Source: Fervidibacillus halotolerans (GTDB lineage: Bacteria; Bacillota; Bacilli; Bacillales; Caldibacillaceae). Taken from it: a stretch of 24,000 bases of DNA. The notes beneath the pieces are model-generated. The model ran no database searches, was not told the origin of the DNA, and worked only from the letters and a program-made list of their open reading frames with translations. This document shows, in pieces, positions 1 through 7,673 of this stretch (the first letter of the stretch is position 1; every line of letters starts with the position of its first letter). Location: assembly GCF_026547205.1 (NCBI RefSeq), contig NZ_CP106877.1:1056771-1080770 (forward strand), read 5' to 3'. The position numbers and the translations under genes are program-made.

Positions 1-1
1 T

Positions 2-763
2 GGTGATGCACTAATTGATAGTGGTGTAGATATCGTTTCAACGGCGAACAATCATACGTTGGATCGGGGCGAAAGTGCGATTCAAAATGCGATTCAATAT
101 TATGAACGGGTTGGTCTTCCGTATGTTGGCCATTTTAAAGACTTTGAAGACCAAAAACAATTACGCATTTTAACTAAAAATGGGATTCGTTTTGCCTTTC
201 TTTCCTACACATATGGAACGAATGGGATTCCGGTTCCAGAGGGAAAGGAATATTTGGTCAATTTAATCGATCTGGCCAAGATGAAGGAAGAAATTGAACG
301 GGCGAAACAGGAAGCGGATGTGATTGTAATGAGTATTCATTGGGGATATGAATATCATCGGTATCCTTCTGATGAACAAAGGATGATTGCTAATGAACTG
401 GCCTCATACGGTGTGGATATTATCTTTGGGCATCACCCCCATGTATTGCAACCATTCGAGTGGATTCAAACAGATGAAAAACGGGTATTTGTCGCCTATT
501 CGTTGGGGAATTTCCTATCCGGTCAAATGTGGGATTATAAGGATATCGGTGGGGTCGTTTCTTTACAAGTAACGAAGAAGGTAACGGATGAAGGGGTTGA
601 TATTCAACTATCCAATCCAAAATTTCAGCCTACCTATGTTTCAAATACAAATTTGAAAAATTACCGGGTCGTTCCCCTTGAAGAGGCAGGTGCTTACGGT
701 TTACAAAATGCACAGGAAAAGTATGATGAAATAATGAACCATATGTTTCAATGGATCGAATAA
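2..763 (+). CDS. CapA/PgsA-family (poly-gamma-glutamate capsule biosynthesis type) metallophosphoesterase-like protein, C-terminal part; 5' end outside window
   Basis: The frame is open from base 2: GDALIDSGVDIVSTANNHTLDRG runs straight into tracked ORF 59..763. Motifs ANNHxxD, IHWGYEY, GHHPHV and SLGNF fit the CapA/YwtB family as I recall it. The stop at 761-763 is followed by a hairpin. Confidence 0.8.
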   Translation, partial: GDALIDSGVDIVSTANNHTLDRGESAIQNAIQYYERVGLPYVGHFKDFEDQKQLRILTKNGIRFAFLSYTYGTNGIPVPEGKEYLVNLIDLAKMKEEIERAKQEADVIVMSIHWGYEYHRYPSDEQRMIANELASYGVDIIFGHHPHVLQPFEWIQTDEKRVFVAYSLGNFLSGQMWDYKDIGGVVSLQVTKKVTDEGVDIQLSNPKFQPTYVSNTNLKNYRVVPLEEAGAYGLQNAQEKYDEIMNHMFQWIE

Positions 764-774
764 TAATTGGAAAG

Positions 775-808
775 AAAACCGTTTGTCGAATGAGACAAAT
801 GGTTTTTA
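775..808. terminator. Bidirectional rho-independent terminator between convergent CapA-like and YneQ-like genes
   Basis: An 11-bp stem, AACCGTTTGTC (777-787) / GACAAATGGTT (794-804), includes one G-U pair. T-runs follow on both strands (GGTTTTTAAT on +, TTTTCTTTCC on -). Confidence 0.6.
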
Positions 809-1099
809 ATCGTCAAATGGATAAGGAATGCCTTCCTGTTGCAATATTTCCCTTTCACGTTTTCCTAATAAGTCAAAATGGGAATAACCGTCATCACGGA
901 TATGAATCCATTCTCGTTTTAAGCCGTAACGTTTTCCCCATTGTATTAATTTATTCAAATCTTTACATCCTACTTTTGTGACAGTTTTCATTTCTGGAAA
1001 CCGAACATCTGACCATAAATGGGTTAAAAAGGCGATTTCGTTTCGGTCGACCTTTTCTTTCCATTCCATTAGTTCTTTCTTTGTAATCCCAAAAGCCAT
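806..1099 (-). CDS. yneQ: YneQ-family small protein (function unknown)
   Basis: A 97-aa ORF with an upstream GGAAGAGGG SD. It lies 18 nt downstream of the thioesterase gene, so the two are likely co-transcribed. Position and N-terminus (MAFGI..EIAFLTH.W) match my recollection of B. subtilis YneQ next to yneP/tlp/citB. Confidence 0.6.
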   Translation of the reverse strand: MAFGITKKELMEWKEKVDRNEIAFLTHLWSDVRFPEMKTVTKVGCKDLNKLIQWGKRYGLKREWIHIRDDGYSHFDLLGKREREILQQEGIPYPFDD

Positions 1100-1117
1100 A
1101 ACCCTCTTCCTTCACAT

Positions 1118-1537
1118 TTATTTTTTCTTCGCTTTTTCATATGCTTCATGCCAAGCTGGAAGAATTTTTCGTACGGATATCGGTTGGAAATTTTCTTTTT
1201 TCACACAAACATGGGAGGATGTGCCGGTAGCTGCCAATTCCCCAACTCCATTATATATTTCATATCCATAAACGATGCGGACGCCATTGTAATAATCGAT
1301 CCATGTACGGATGACGACCTTCTCTCCATATTTACAAGGCTTTTTATAATCGACATTTACATTATAAACCGGTGCTAAAATGCCCATTCTTTCCATATCC
1401 GCATAATGGAACCCTAAGTCCTCGATTAATTCAGATCTACCCATCTCCATCCATACTAAATAATTCGCATGATAAACAACACCCATCTGATCGGTTTCTG
1501 AGTAACGGACTTTTGCTTCGACTGTTGAAATATGCAT
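1118..1537 (-). CDS. yneP: Acyl-CoA thioesterase, 4HBT/YbgC (YneP-like) hotdog-fold family
   Basis: A 139-aa ORF. The N-terminal motif VRYSETDQMGVVYHANYL is the YbgC/4HBT catalytic-Asp signature. Synteny with tlp and citB matches B. subtilis. Confidence 0.8.
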   Translation of the reverse strand: MHISTVEAKVRYSETDQMGVVYHANYLVWMEMGRSELIEDLGFHYADMERMGILAPVYNVNVDYKKPCKYGEKVVIRTWIDYYNGVRIVYGYEIYNGVGELAATGTSSHVCVKKENFQPISVRKILPAWHEAYEKAKKK

Positions 1538-1747
1538 GAAGTTTCTCTCCCTTGCTATAATACGTAATTTTTATGTTTATTTACTTATTTTACCATAAAA
1601 TATTTACGTCGGTTTAAAGATGATTTAAAAATGTAAATTTGTCTTTTTCCGAAAGTAAACGAAATCCTTTAAAATCTTTCAAAAAAGTGGATTTGAACAT
1701 GAATATGGAAAGAGAAAAAGGTTGTTTCCATTTTAATAAACAAAATC

Positions 1748-1775
1748 GCGGAAGAAACATACTCGTTCCTTCCGC
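1748..1775 (-). terminator. Terminator downstream of tlp
   Basis: Stem GCGGAAG (1748-1754) / CTTCCGC (1769-1775) starts 10 nt after the tlp stop. On the minus strand it is followed by GATTTTGTTTATT. The plus-strand side is also T-rich. Confidence 0.55.
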
Positions 1776-1784
1776 CTTCTTTGT

Positions 1785-2003
1785 TTATTCTTTCATGTCT
1801 CTATATTCATCTTTAATTTCTTCCCGCATGGCTTCAATACTTTCTCGTCTTCGTTCATTTTTCCTTTGAATTTCTTCCCGCTGTTGTTCGTCAGCAGTTG
1901 CCATCGACTGTTCGGATTCGTGAATATTTTCAATCGTATTTTGTATATGTTGCTGGATTTTTTTAATATTATCCGAACGATCCTCCCGTTTAGATGAAGT
2001 CAT
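1785..2003 (-). CDS. tlp: Small acid-soluble spore protein Tlp (thioredoxin-like protein)
   Basis: A 72-aa highly charged ORF. DRSDNIKKIQQHIQNTIENI...EQQREEIQRKNERRRESIEAMREEIKDE closely resembles B. subtilis Tlp as I remember it. There is a strong SD (AAAGGAGGT). Its position next to yneP and citB is conserved. Confidence 0.8.
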   Translation of the reverse strand: MTSSKREDRSDNIKKIQQHIQNTIENIHESEQSMATADEQQREEIQRKNERRRESIEAMREEIKDEYRDMKE

Positions 2004-2036
2004 AAAAATACCTCCTTTTTAATAAGGATACATTTT

Positions 2037-2066
2037 TATTATGGGTTGAAAACAATAGAATATGTA
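2037..2066 (-). promoter_or_regulatory. Candidate forespore (sigma-G/F type) promoter of tlp
   Basis: The minus strand reads TACATA-17 nt-CATAATA, about 27 nt upstream of the tlp start. This resembles the sigma-G consensus GnATA...CATnnTA. Recognised by eye only. Confidence 0.35.
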
Positions 2067-2095
2067 AAAAAACCTCTGGATTTTCATTCCAGAGG
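2066..2095 (-). terminator. Terminator downstream of the FbpB-like small ORF
   Basis: Stem CCTCTGGA (2073-2080) / TCCAGAGG (2088-2095) with a 7-nt loop. On the minus strand it is followed by TTTTTTT (A-run 2066-2072 on +). Confidence 0.7.
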
Positions 2096-2145
2096 TACGT
2101 CCCATAAGTAAATTCATGAAAAAGCGTTTACATTTTATGCCAATT

Positions 2146-2268
2146 TCATTGTGCTTTTTTTACATGTTTTTCTTCTAATTTACGTTCGATTCTTTCCAAT
2201 TCTCCTCGATCTTTCATAATTTCTATTTTATTTTCATTTACTAATTCAGAAAATGATCGTTTTTTCAT
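2146..2268 (-). CDS. FbpB-family (Fur-regulated basic protein B-like) small basic protein, 40 aa; not in the supplied ORF track
   Basis: My own translation of the minus strand gives ATG at 2268-2266, then MKKRSFSELVNENKIEIMKDRGELERIERKLEEKHVKKAQ, then TGA at 2148-2146. A GAGGAA SD sits 1 nt upstream of the ATG (an unusually short spacing; a second AGGAG lies further upstream), and a dedicated terminator follows. The (K/R)SF.ELV.ENK...ERIE.K.EEK pattern matches the FbpB family as I recall it. Confidence 0.55.
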   Translation of the reverse strand: MKKRSFSELVNENKIEIMKDRGELERIERKLEEKHVKKAQ

Positions 2269-2415
2269 CTTCCTCACACGACATCACACTCCTTTACAAG
2301 TATAAGTATATCATCTATTATTTCCTAAAAACGTTGTAACTATGACAACTTTTTGAAAATTATTTGTTTAGAAAAGATTAGATAAAAGAAAGTCGTTGAT
2401 GAGATTACTTTATTA

Positions 2416-2450
2416 TAAAAAAACGGGTCAGGGAAAATCCCTTGACCCGT
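2416..2450 (-). terminator. Terminator of the aconitase gene
   Basis: The minus strand reads ACGGGTCAAGGGATTTTCCCTGACCCGTTTTTTTA. This is a GC-rich ~11-bp stem followed by a T-run, starting 9 nt after the stop. Confidence 0.8.
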
Positions 2451-2458
2451 ATAGTGGA

Positions 2459-5173
2459 TTAATTATTTTTCAGTTTGTCTCTTAAAACCATTTGTAAAAT
2501 TCCGCCATGACGGTAGTAGTCAATTTCTACTTCCGAATCGAATCGAACGAGAGCTTCAAACTGAACAACTTCGCCGTTTTCTTTTTTCGCTGTCACTTTT
2601 ACATATTCTCTCGGTTTGATGTTTTCGTCAATTTCAATATCGAATTGTTCTTTTCCACTCAGTCCTAAAGTTTCAGCGCTTTCACCTGGCTTGAATTGTA
2701 AAGGTAAGACACCCATCAAAACTAAGTTTGAACGATGGATTCTTTCAAAGCTTTGGGCGATAACCGTTTTAATCCCGAGTAAGTTCGTTCCCTTCGCTGC
2801 CCAGTCGCGGGATGATCCCATACCGTAATCATGTCCGGCAAGAACGACAAGTCCGGTTCCATCTTCCTTATATTTCATTGCAGCATCATAAATGGACATC
2901 ACTTCACCTGTTGGCCAGTATGTCGTGTAACCACCTTCTGTACCAGGAGCAATTTGGTTACGGATGCGAATATTTGCGAAAGTACCACGCATCATTACTT
3001 CATGGTTACCTCGACGGGAACCGTAAGAATTAAAGTTTCTCGGTTGAACGCCCTTTTCTAATAAATACTTTCCAGCAGGGGTATTTTTGCCGATTGCACC
3101 AGCTGGAGAAATATGGTCCGTTGTTACCGAATCACCAAATTTACCGATGACGCGAAGTTCACGTAACGGTTTGATTTCTTCTGGATTTGGTGATAATTGT
3201 TCGAAGAAAGGCGGATTTTGAATGTAAGTGGATTCATCATCCCAGTTATATAACGGTTCATCGCTCGTTTCGATCGCATTCCAACGTTCGTTATCATCAA
3301 ATACCCGTTCATATTCTTTTTGGAACAGTTCTGGAGTAACCGTCCGTTTAATATATTCATTTACTTCTTCTGTTGTTGGCCAAATTTCATGGAGATACAC
3401 ATCTTTTCCGTCTTTACCTTTTCCGATCGGTTCTTTTTCCAAATCGATATCGACGGTTCCTGCTAACGCATAGGCAACAACAAGCGGTGGCGAAGCTAAA
3501 TAATTCGCTTTCACTAACGGATGAATCCGTCCTTCAAAGTTTCGGTTTCCGGATAGTACACTCGTTACAAGTAAATCATTTTCCGTAATCGTCTCTTCGA
3601 TCTCTTTAAGAAGAGGTCCAGAGTTTCCGATACAAGTTGTACAACCGTAACCAACGAGATTGAATCGGATTTTTTCTAAGTATTCCAATAAACCGGAATC
3701 ACGTAAATAGCCGGTAACGACTTTGGAACCAGGAGCTAAAGAGGTTTTTACGTATTTCGGTGGTTCCAATCCTTTTTCGACGGCTTTTTTGGCAACTAAC
3801 CCTGCAGCAAGCATTACATATGGGTTTGATGTATTCGTACAACTTGTAATGGCTGCAATGGCTACTGCTCCCGTTTTCATCGTTTCTTTCGTTCCATCCG
3901 CATATTGGACGGTTCCTTCTTTTTTCAATTCATCCTTAGAAAGGCCGAATCCTTGGTTTCCAGCAGGAGCTTCAATTGCCTTTCTAAAGGATTCTTTCAT
4001 TTTGGAAAGTGGAATTAAATCTTGCGGTCGTTTCGGACCGGATAAATTTGCCTCAACAGTCGATAAATCGAGCTCTAATACATCGGTATAAATTGGATCT
4101 TCTTTTTCAGGTGTAAAGAACAGATCATTCTTTTCTAAATACGTTTTTACTAATTGTATATGTTCTTCACTTCTACCTGTTAGACGTAGGTATTCTAGTG
4201 ATTCTTCATCTACAGGGAAAAATCCACAGGTAGCACCGTATTCTGGAGCCATATTGGCAATGGTTGCCCGGTCAGCTAACGGCAATGTGGAAACCCCAGG
4301 TCCGAAAAACTCGACGAATTTTCCTACGACTCCTTTTTGACGTAACATTTGAGTTACTTTTAAAGCTAAATCTGTTGCTGTAGCACCGTTTGGCAAACGA
4401 TTCGTTAATTTTACACCGATTACTTCCGGAATTGGGAAATAGGATGGTTGTCCGAGCATACCAGCTTCCGCTTCAATTCCACCGACCCCCCAACCGAGAA
4501 CACCGAGACCATTGATCATCGTCGTATGGGAATCAGTACCGACTAATGTATCAGGGTAAGTAATTAATTCTCCATTTTCTCCCTTTTCTGTATGAACAAC
4601 ACTTGCCAAGTATTCAAGGTTTACTTGGTGGACAATTCCGGTTGCAGGAGGAACGACTCGATAATTATCAAATGCTTTTTGTGCCCAATTTAAAAATTGA
4701 TAACGTTCTGCATTTCGTTCAAACTCCAATTCCATATTTAATTGAAGGGCTTCTGGTGTACCGTATTTATCGACTTGTACAGAGTGGTCAATAACAAGAT
4801 CAACTGGAATTTCCGGATTGATTTTGTCCGGATCTCCTCCCATATCTGCCATCGCTTTACGTAAGGATGCCAAATCGACGACCGCAGGAACTCCTGTAAA
4901 GTCTTGTAAAATAACGCGAGATGGTTTAAAGGGAACTTCTGCACCTTTTACTTCTGGAGTTCCCCATTTCGCTAAACTTTCCACATGTTCCTTTTTAATC
5001 GATCGACCATCTACTTGACGCAAAACAGATTCTAATAATACTTTAATGGAATAAGGTAGTTTCGAAATGTTTGCAACACCTGCATCTTCAATCGATTTTA
5101 ATCGAAAGTAGTGATACGTTTTTCCGTTTAATTCAAAGGACTGTCTTGCATCATACAAAACATTTTCAGTCAA
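2459..5173 (-). CDS. acnA: Aconitate hydratase (aconitase A; CitB of Bacillus)
   Basis: A 904-aa ORF. The N-terminus ([24 protein letters not shown]) and the Fe-S ligand regions ([20 protein letters not shown]) are classic AcnA/IRP-type aconitase. The start is TTG, preceded by an AAGGGGGG SD at 8-nt spacing. Confidence 0.97.
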   Translation of the reverse strand: MTENVLYDARQSFELNGKTYHYFRLKSIEDAGVANISKLPYSIKVLLESVLRQVDGRSIKKEHVESLAKWGTPEVKGAEVPFKPSRVILQDFTGVPAVVDLASLRKAMADMGGDPDKINPEIPVDLVIDHSVQVDKYGTPEALQLNMELEFERNAERYQFLNWAQKAFDNYRVVPPATGIVHQVNLEYLASVVHTEKGENGELITYPDTLVGTDSHTTMINGLGVLGWGVGGIEAEAGMLGQPSYFPIPEVIGVKLTNRLPNGATATDLALKVTQMLRQKGVVGKFVEFFGPGVSTLPLADRATIANMAPEYGATCGFFPVDEESLEYLRLTGRSEEHIQLVKTYLEKNDLFFTPEKEDPIYTDVLELDLSTVEANLSGPKRPQDLIPLSKMKESFRKAIEAPAGNQGFGLSKDELKKEGTVQYADGTKETMKTGAVAIAAITSCTNTSNPYVMLAAGLVAKKAVEKGLEPPKYVKTSLAPGSKVVTGYLRDSGLLEYLEKIRFNLVGYGCTTCIGNSGPLLKEIEETITENDLLVTSVLSGNRNFEGRIHPLVKANYLASPPLVVAYALAGTVDIDLEKEPIGKGKDGKDVYLHEIWPTTEEVNEYIKRTVTPELFQKEYERVFDDNERWNAIETSDEPLYNWDDESTYIQNPPFFEQLSPNPEEIKPLRELRVIGKFGDSVTTDHISPAGAIGKNTPAGKYLLEKGVQPRNFNSYGSRRGNHEVMMRGTFANIRIRNQIAPGTEGGYTTYWPTGEVMSIYDAAMKYKEDGTGLVVLAGHDYGMGSSRDWAAKGTNLLGIKTVIAQSFERIHRSNLVLMGVLPLQFKPGESAETLGLSGKEQFDIEIDENIKPREYVKVTAKKENGEVVQFEALVRFDSEVEIDYYRHGGILQMVLRDKLKNN

Positions 5174-5243
5174 AATTCATACCCCCCTTAGGATCAAAAC
5201 CAAAATAATTGAAAAGTTACAAAAAGACTCCCACCTAACTTTT

Positions 5244-5278
5244 CTTATATTTTATAGTAATATAAAAATTTATATAAG
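5244..5278. promoter_or_regulatory. AT-rich dyad elements upstream of aconitase (candidate CcpC-type operator)
   Basis: CTTATAT (5244-5250) and ATATAAG (5272-5278) are inverted copies. They enclose an inner dyad ATAAA-AA-TTTAT and lie 70-105 nt upstream of the start codon. B. subtilis citB is controlled by the LysR-type CcpC through ATAA/TTAT-type dyads. The assignment here is by analogy only. Confidence 0.25.
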
Positions 5279-6057
5279 TAAAATATTAGATTTTTATCGT
5301 CAAATATAATTTATTCTTATCAATTTTTTGAAGATCGTAACTGGATTTGTCCATTACTAATGGCATTTTTTATCCCCTTTTATTTCCCTTTTACCAAATG
5401 GAAATTAGGGCTTTTCACTCACTATATTAACAAAATAAATTGTTCAATTAAAAAAGAAGTGGAAAACGGAATTTTCAATTTTCAAATCTACCCTGATTTG
5501 GAAGACAAAAGAAATCTTACTTTCTATATCGCAAATATTTTCAAACCGTTAAATCTAAACAAAATGATTGTGCTTACAGCAATTCTTATTTTCTTTGGAA
5601 TCATCGTTAGGAAAAAATGATGAAAACTTACTTAGATCGTCGCCTATTTTTAATCGTGTTTGTCATGGGATTCTTCATAAATCAAATCGTTTTATTTGCT
5701 AAATATGTACAGTGATTCGTGAAGGCATTTCAAATATTCAAAATTTAAACGTGTTTAATAGTTTAAAAATTTGATTTTCTCATCTTTGGTCGTTGTTATT
5801 CTTATTAAGAAATAAACTTCTTTTTCTAGAGAATTTAACGATCACATTCAAACCATATGAAATGTTTCTATAGCCAGAAGTAAGTTTTGACAGCCAATTC
5901 CACGTGGAAATATATTCCTGTAGATGAGTTTCATATCTTCAAAAATTGTTTTTTTATTTGAACCCTTCACTTATCTTTTTTTCTTGTGGTTTCCGGATAA
6001 AACGTGCTCTTTTTTGTTTAAAATTGTCTAGAAAACCCAATATTTAGTTATAGAGCC

Positions 6058-6090
6058 TAAAATAAAAGGACTGTTCAACGACAGTCCTTT
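6058..6090 (-). terminator. Terminator of the tRNA-Lys gene
   Basis: A perfect 10-bp stem, AAAGGACTGT (6065-6074) / ACAGTCCTTT (6081-6090). On the minus strand it is followed by TATTTTAGG. It starts 13 nt after the tRNA 3' end. Confidence 0.75.
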
Positions 6091-6103
6091 TAAGATTAGT
6101 ATA

Positions 6104-6177
6104 TGGGGCATGCAGGGATCGAACCTGCGACCCGCTTATTAAGAGTCAGCTGCTCTGCCAAACTGAGCTAATACCCC
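6104..6177 (-). tRNA. tRNA-Lys (anticodon CUU), 74 nt, no encoded CCA
   Basis: Reverse complement: GGGGTAT TA GCTC AGTTTGGCA GAGC A GCTGA CTCTTAA TAAGC GGGTC GCAGG TTCGATC CCTGC ATGCCCC A. This gives a full cloverleaf with a 7-bp acceptor stem (one G-U), a GTTCGATC T-loop and anticodon CTT. Overall it resembles Bacillus tRNA-Lys(UUU). The anticodon stem has a G30-A40 mismatch. The next bases are TAT, not CCA. Confidence 0.85.
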
Positions 6178-6197
6178 GTTTCTTATTGATAAAAATT

Positions 6198-6226
6198 ATT
6201 CTAACATATTTATTTAAAGAGTGCAA
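6198..6226 (-). promoter_or_regulatory. Sigma-A type promoter of tRNA-Lys
   Basis: The minus strand reads TTGCAC-17 nt-TAGAAT. The -10 element ends 20 nt upstream of tRNA position 1. Confidence 0.6.
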
Positions 6227-6447
6227 TACATATTTTCGGTATGTATGATTCATTTCATTGGATCGTTGGATTGTCTTTTAATCTAGTGGTCGATGGACAT
6301 TTCATTAGCCAGTAGTAAAGGGAAATTTGGATTATAGTTGCGTTACCTTCCGTTGATGAAAAACAATTTCGAAACCTTCTCCCATTACTCATCCTTTTTT
6401 TAAAATAATAAAAGAGAAAAAAGCGCCAAAATGAAGACGCTTCGTTC

Positions 6448-7089
6448 TCATCCTTTTTTATCCACTGAAAAGGTCCAAGATACAGGATGATCCTCCGTCA
6501 ATTGGAAGATGAATTGATATTCATCTGTATTAACACAGTCGTACACAATTTGTTTCGTAACGGTTTTACCGGCTGGGACTTCAGTTGCTAATTCACTTAC
6601 CCCTTCAATATACGCCAAGTCTTGTGGTTGATCTACCACAAGTAAAGAAAAATGTCTCAAACTAGAAAGCTCAACTGTCTCTTCCCTTTCATTTGTAATC
6701 TCCATTTTAATAGAAATAAATCGATCCTTACTTGCTTGAATCGTTTCAGGAATGTATTCCTGAATTTCGGTAATTTTCAATGTAATACCATCAACCGTTT
6801 CTTCTTCCAAATTTAAGGTTTGTTCTTGTTCTTGCTGTTTTTCTTCCGTACCCTCTTTTTCAACAACGGATTCATCCTCTTTTACTTCCTCTTCATTCTC
6901 TGCTTTTTGTTCTTTCTCTTCTACTTGTTCGTTTTCATCCTTTGCTGTTTCTTTTTCCGTCGTACTCTTTTCCTCTACTTTATTCGTAGGCTCGTCCATT
7001 TGATCGGCCGACTTTGTACTTTGACAACCGACCGATAAAAACAAAAGGAGGAATGCAACAAAACCAATCAGCCCTATTTTTTTCATCAT
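6448..7089 (-). CDS. Lipoprotein with a long acidic low-complexity linker and a C-terminal beta-rich (DUF4352-like) domain
   Basis: A 213-aa ORF with signal peptide MMKKIGLIGFVAFLLLFLSVGC (lipobox LSVG-C). It has a ~90-aa E/K/Q-rich linker. The C-terminal ~110 aa (LKITEIQ..ISIKMEITN..) resemble small Bacillus lipoprotein Ig-like domains. The domain name is from memory, not from a search. Confidence 0.7.
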   Translation of the reverse strand: MMKKIGLIGFVAFLLLFLSVGCQSTKSADQMDEPTNKVEEKSTTEKETAKDENEQVEEKEQKAENEEEVKEDESVVEKEGTEEKQQEQEQTLNLEEETVDGITLKITEIQEYIPETIQASKDRFISIKMEITNEREETVELSSLRHFSLLVVDQPQDLAYIEGVSELATEVPAGKTVTKQIVYDCVNTDEYQFIFQLTEDHPVSWTFSVDKKG

Positions 7090-7324
7090 GTACCTCCGCT
7101 CGTTCGAAATCTATTCATATTTTAAAATATAATAGAAAAGATGTAAAGAAACGGTACGGCAATTTGCCACGGATTATGAACTTGGTGAATTTTCCTCTAT
7201 TTTCCATGAAACGTTCAGATATTCCATTGAAACGACGAACTTTACTTTTCCCACTAACAATTTTAAGATGAACGTATAGACGATTATAAAAATTGGAACC
7301 CATTTCATAAGGAGGGATATACCG

Positions 7325-7642
7325 ATGAAAGACGCAGTTTCTTCACTTCTTTATCTCGGATTAGGCATTGCAGCAAAAGGGAAAGAACAGATGGAAAATA
7401 CGTTACAAAACTTGGTCGAAAAAGGAAAAATTACATCCCAACAATCTTCAGATATTTTAAAGGAATTTGTTAAAAAGGGAAAAGAAAGCAGCGAACAATT
7501 CGAAAATATGACGAAAGAGCGACTTCAAGAACTATTTCACGAATTGAATCTAGTTACGAAGGATGAATACGATGAATTGAAAAATCGGATTCTTCGTCTC
7601 GAAAAACTGTTAGAAGAAAAGGAAAAAGATAATTTGAAATAA
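7325..7642 (+). CDS. Phasin-like (COG3937-type) coiled-coil protein
   Basis: A 105-aa ORF with a strong SD (AAGGAGGG). It has a hydrophobic N-terminus (LLYLGLGIAA) followed by a coiled coil (TKDEYDELKNRILRLEKLLEE). It sits immediately upstream of an ABC1 kinase gene, a pairing I recall as common in Bacilli. Confidence 0.65.
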   Translation: MKDAVSSLLYLGLGIAAKGKEQMENTLQNLVEKGKITSQQSSDILKEFVKKGKESSEQFENMTKERLQELFHELNLVTKDEYDELKNRILRLEKLLEEKEKDNLK

Positions 7643-7673
7643 AGGATTCCTTTTATATTCCGGGGTGGGTTGA

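Noticed and set aside
1639-1869. 76-aa plus-strand ORF overlapping the 3' end of tlp
   Set aside because: It has a TTG start without an SD, is antisense to a well-supported spore protein gene and terminator, and has no recognisable product. It is kept only as a possible non-coding transcript (see finding).
2269-2415. Fur box upstream of the FbpB-like ORF
   Set aside because: Only weak partial matches to TGATAATnATTATCA were seen (for example AAATAATTTTCAA). That is not enough to call a site by eye.
2616-5018. Multiple 60-120 aa ORFs on both strands inside the aconitase gene (for example 2616..2828, 3723..4091, 4738..4944)
   Set aside because: All lie within or antisense to a 904-aa ORF with unmistakable aconitase motifs. 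They have no SDs and their composition is typical of shadow frames.
5360-5620. 86-aa ORF in the AT-rich gap as a real protein-coding gene
   Set aside because: It has no SD, and its extreme Phe/Ile/Asn/Lys composition is expected from translating AT-rich DNA. I recognise no motif. It is mentioned in a finding but not called as a feature.
5766-5780. 15-bp exact match (AAAATTTGATTTTCT) to the sequence at the IS/permease junction (15276-15290), which might have indicated a second IS end
   Set aside because: The similarity stops immediately on both sides, and the word is low-complexity and AT-rich. A chance match of this length is plausible in 24 kb of AT-rich DNA read on two strands.
5174-6103. 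tRNA-associated genomic island next to the tRNA-Lys 3' end
   Set aside because: I found no direct repeat of the tRNA 3' end (for example GCAGGGATCGAACC) in the AT-rich gap, and no integrase or other mobility gene. Only the base composition is unusual.
6363-6413. 16-codon minus-strand ORF (MGEGFEIVFHQRKVTQL) with an AAGGA SD just downstream of the lipoprotein terminator
   Set aside because: It is too short, nothing supports it beyond an SD-like word, and it lies in the terminator-to-tRNA-promoter spacer.
6820-7038. Pyrimidine-rich low-complexity tract and 72-aa Phe/Leu-rich ORF that looked like a repeat array
   Set aside because: It is the antisense strand of the Glu/Lys-rich linker of the lipoprotein gene. 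It has no regular period and no spacer structure.
7014-7303. Overlapping ORFs 7014..7271 (+) and 7115..7303 (-) in the lipoprotein / phasin-like divergent region
   Set aside because: They are mutually antisense, lack SDs, are basic and low-complexity, and occupy what is most simply a divergent promoter region.
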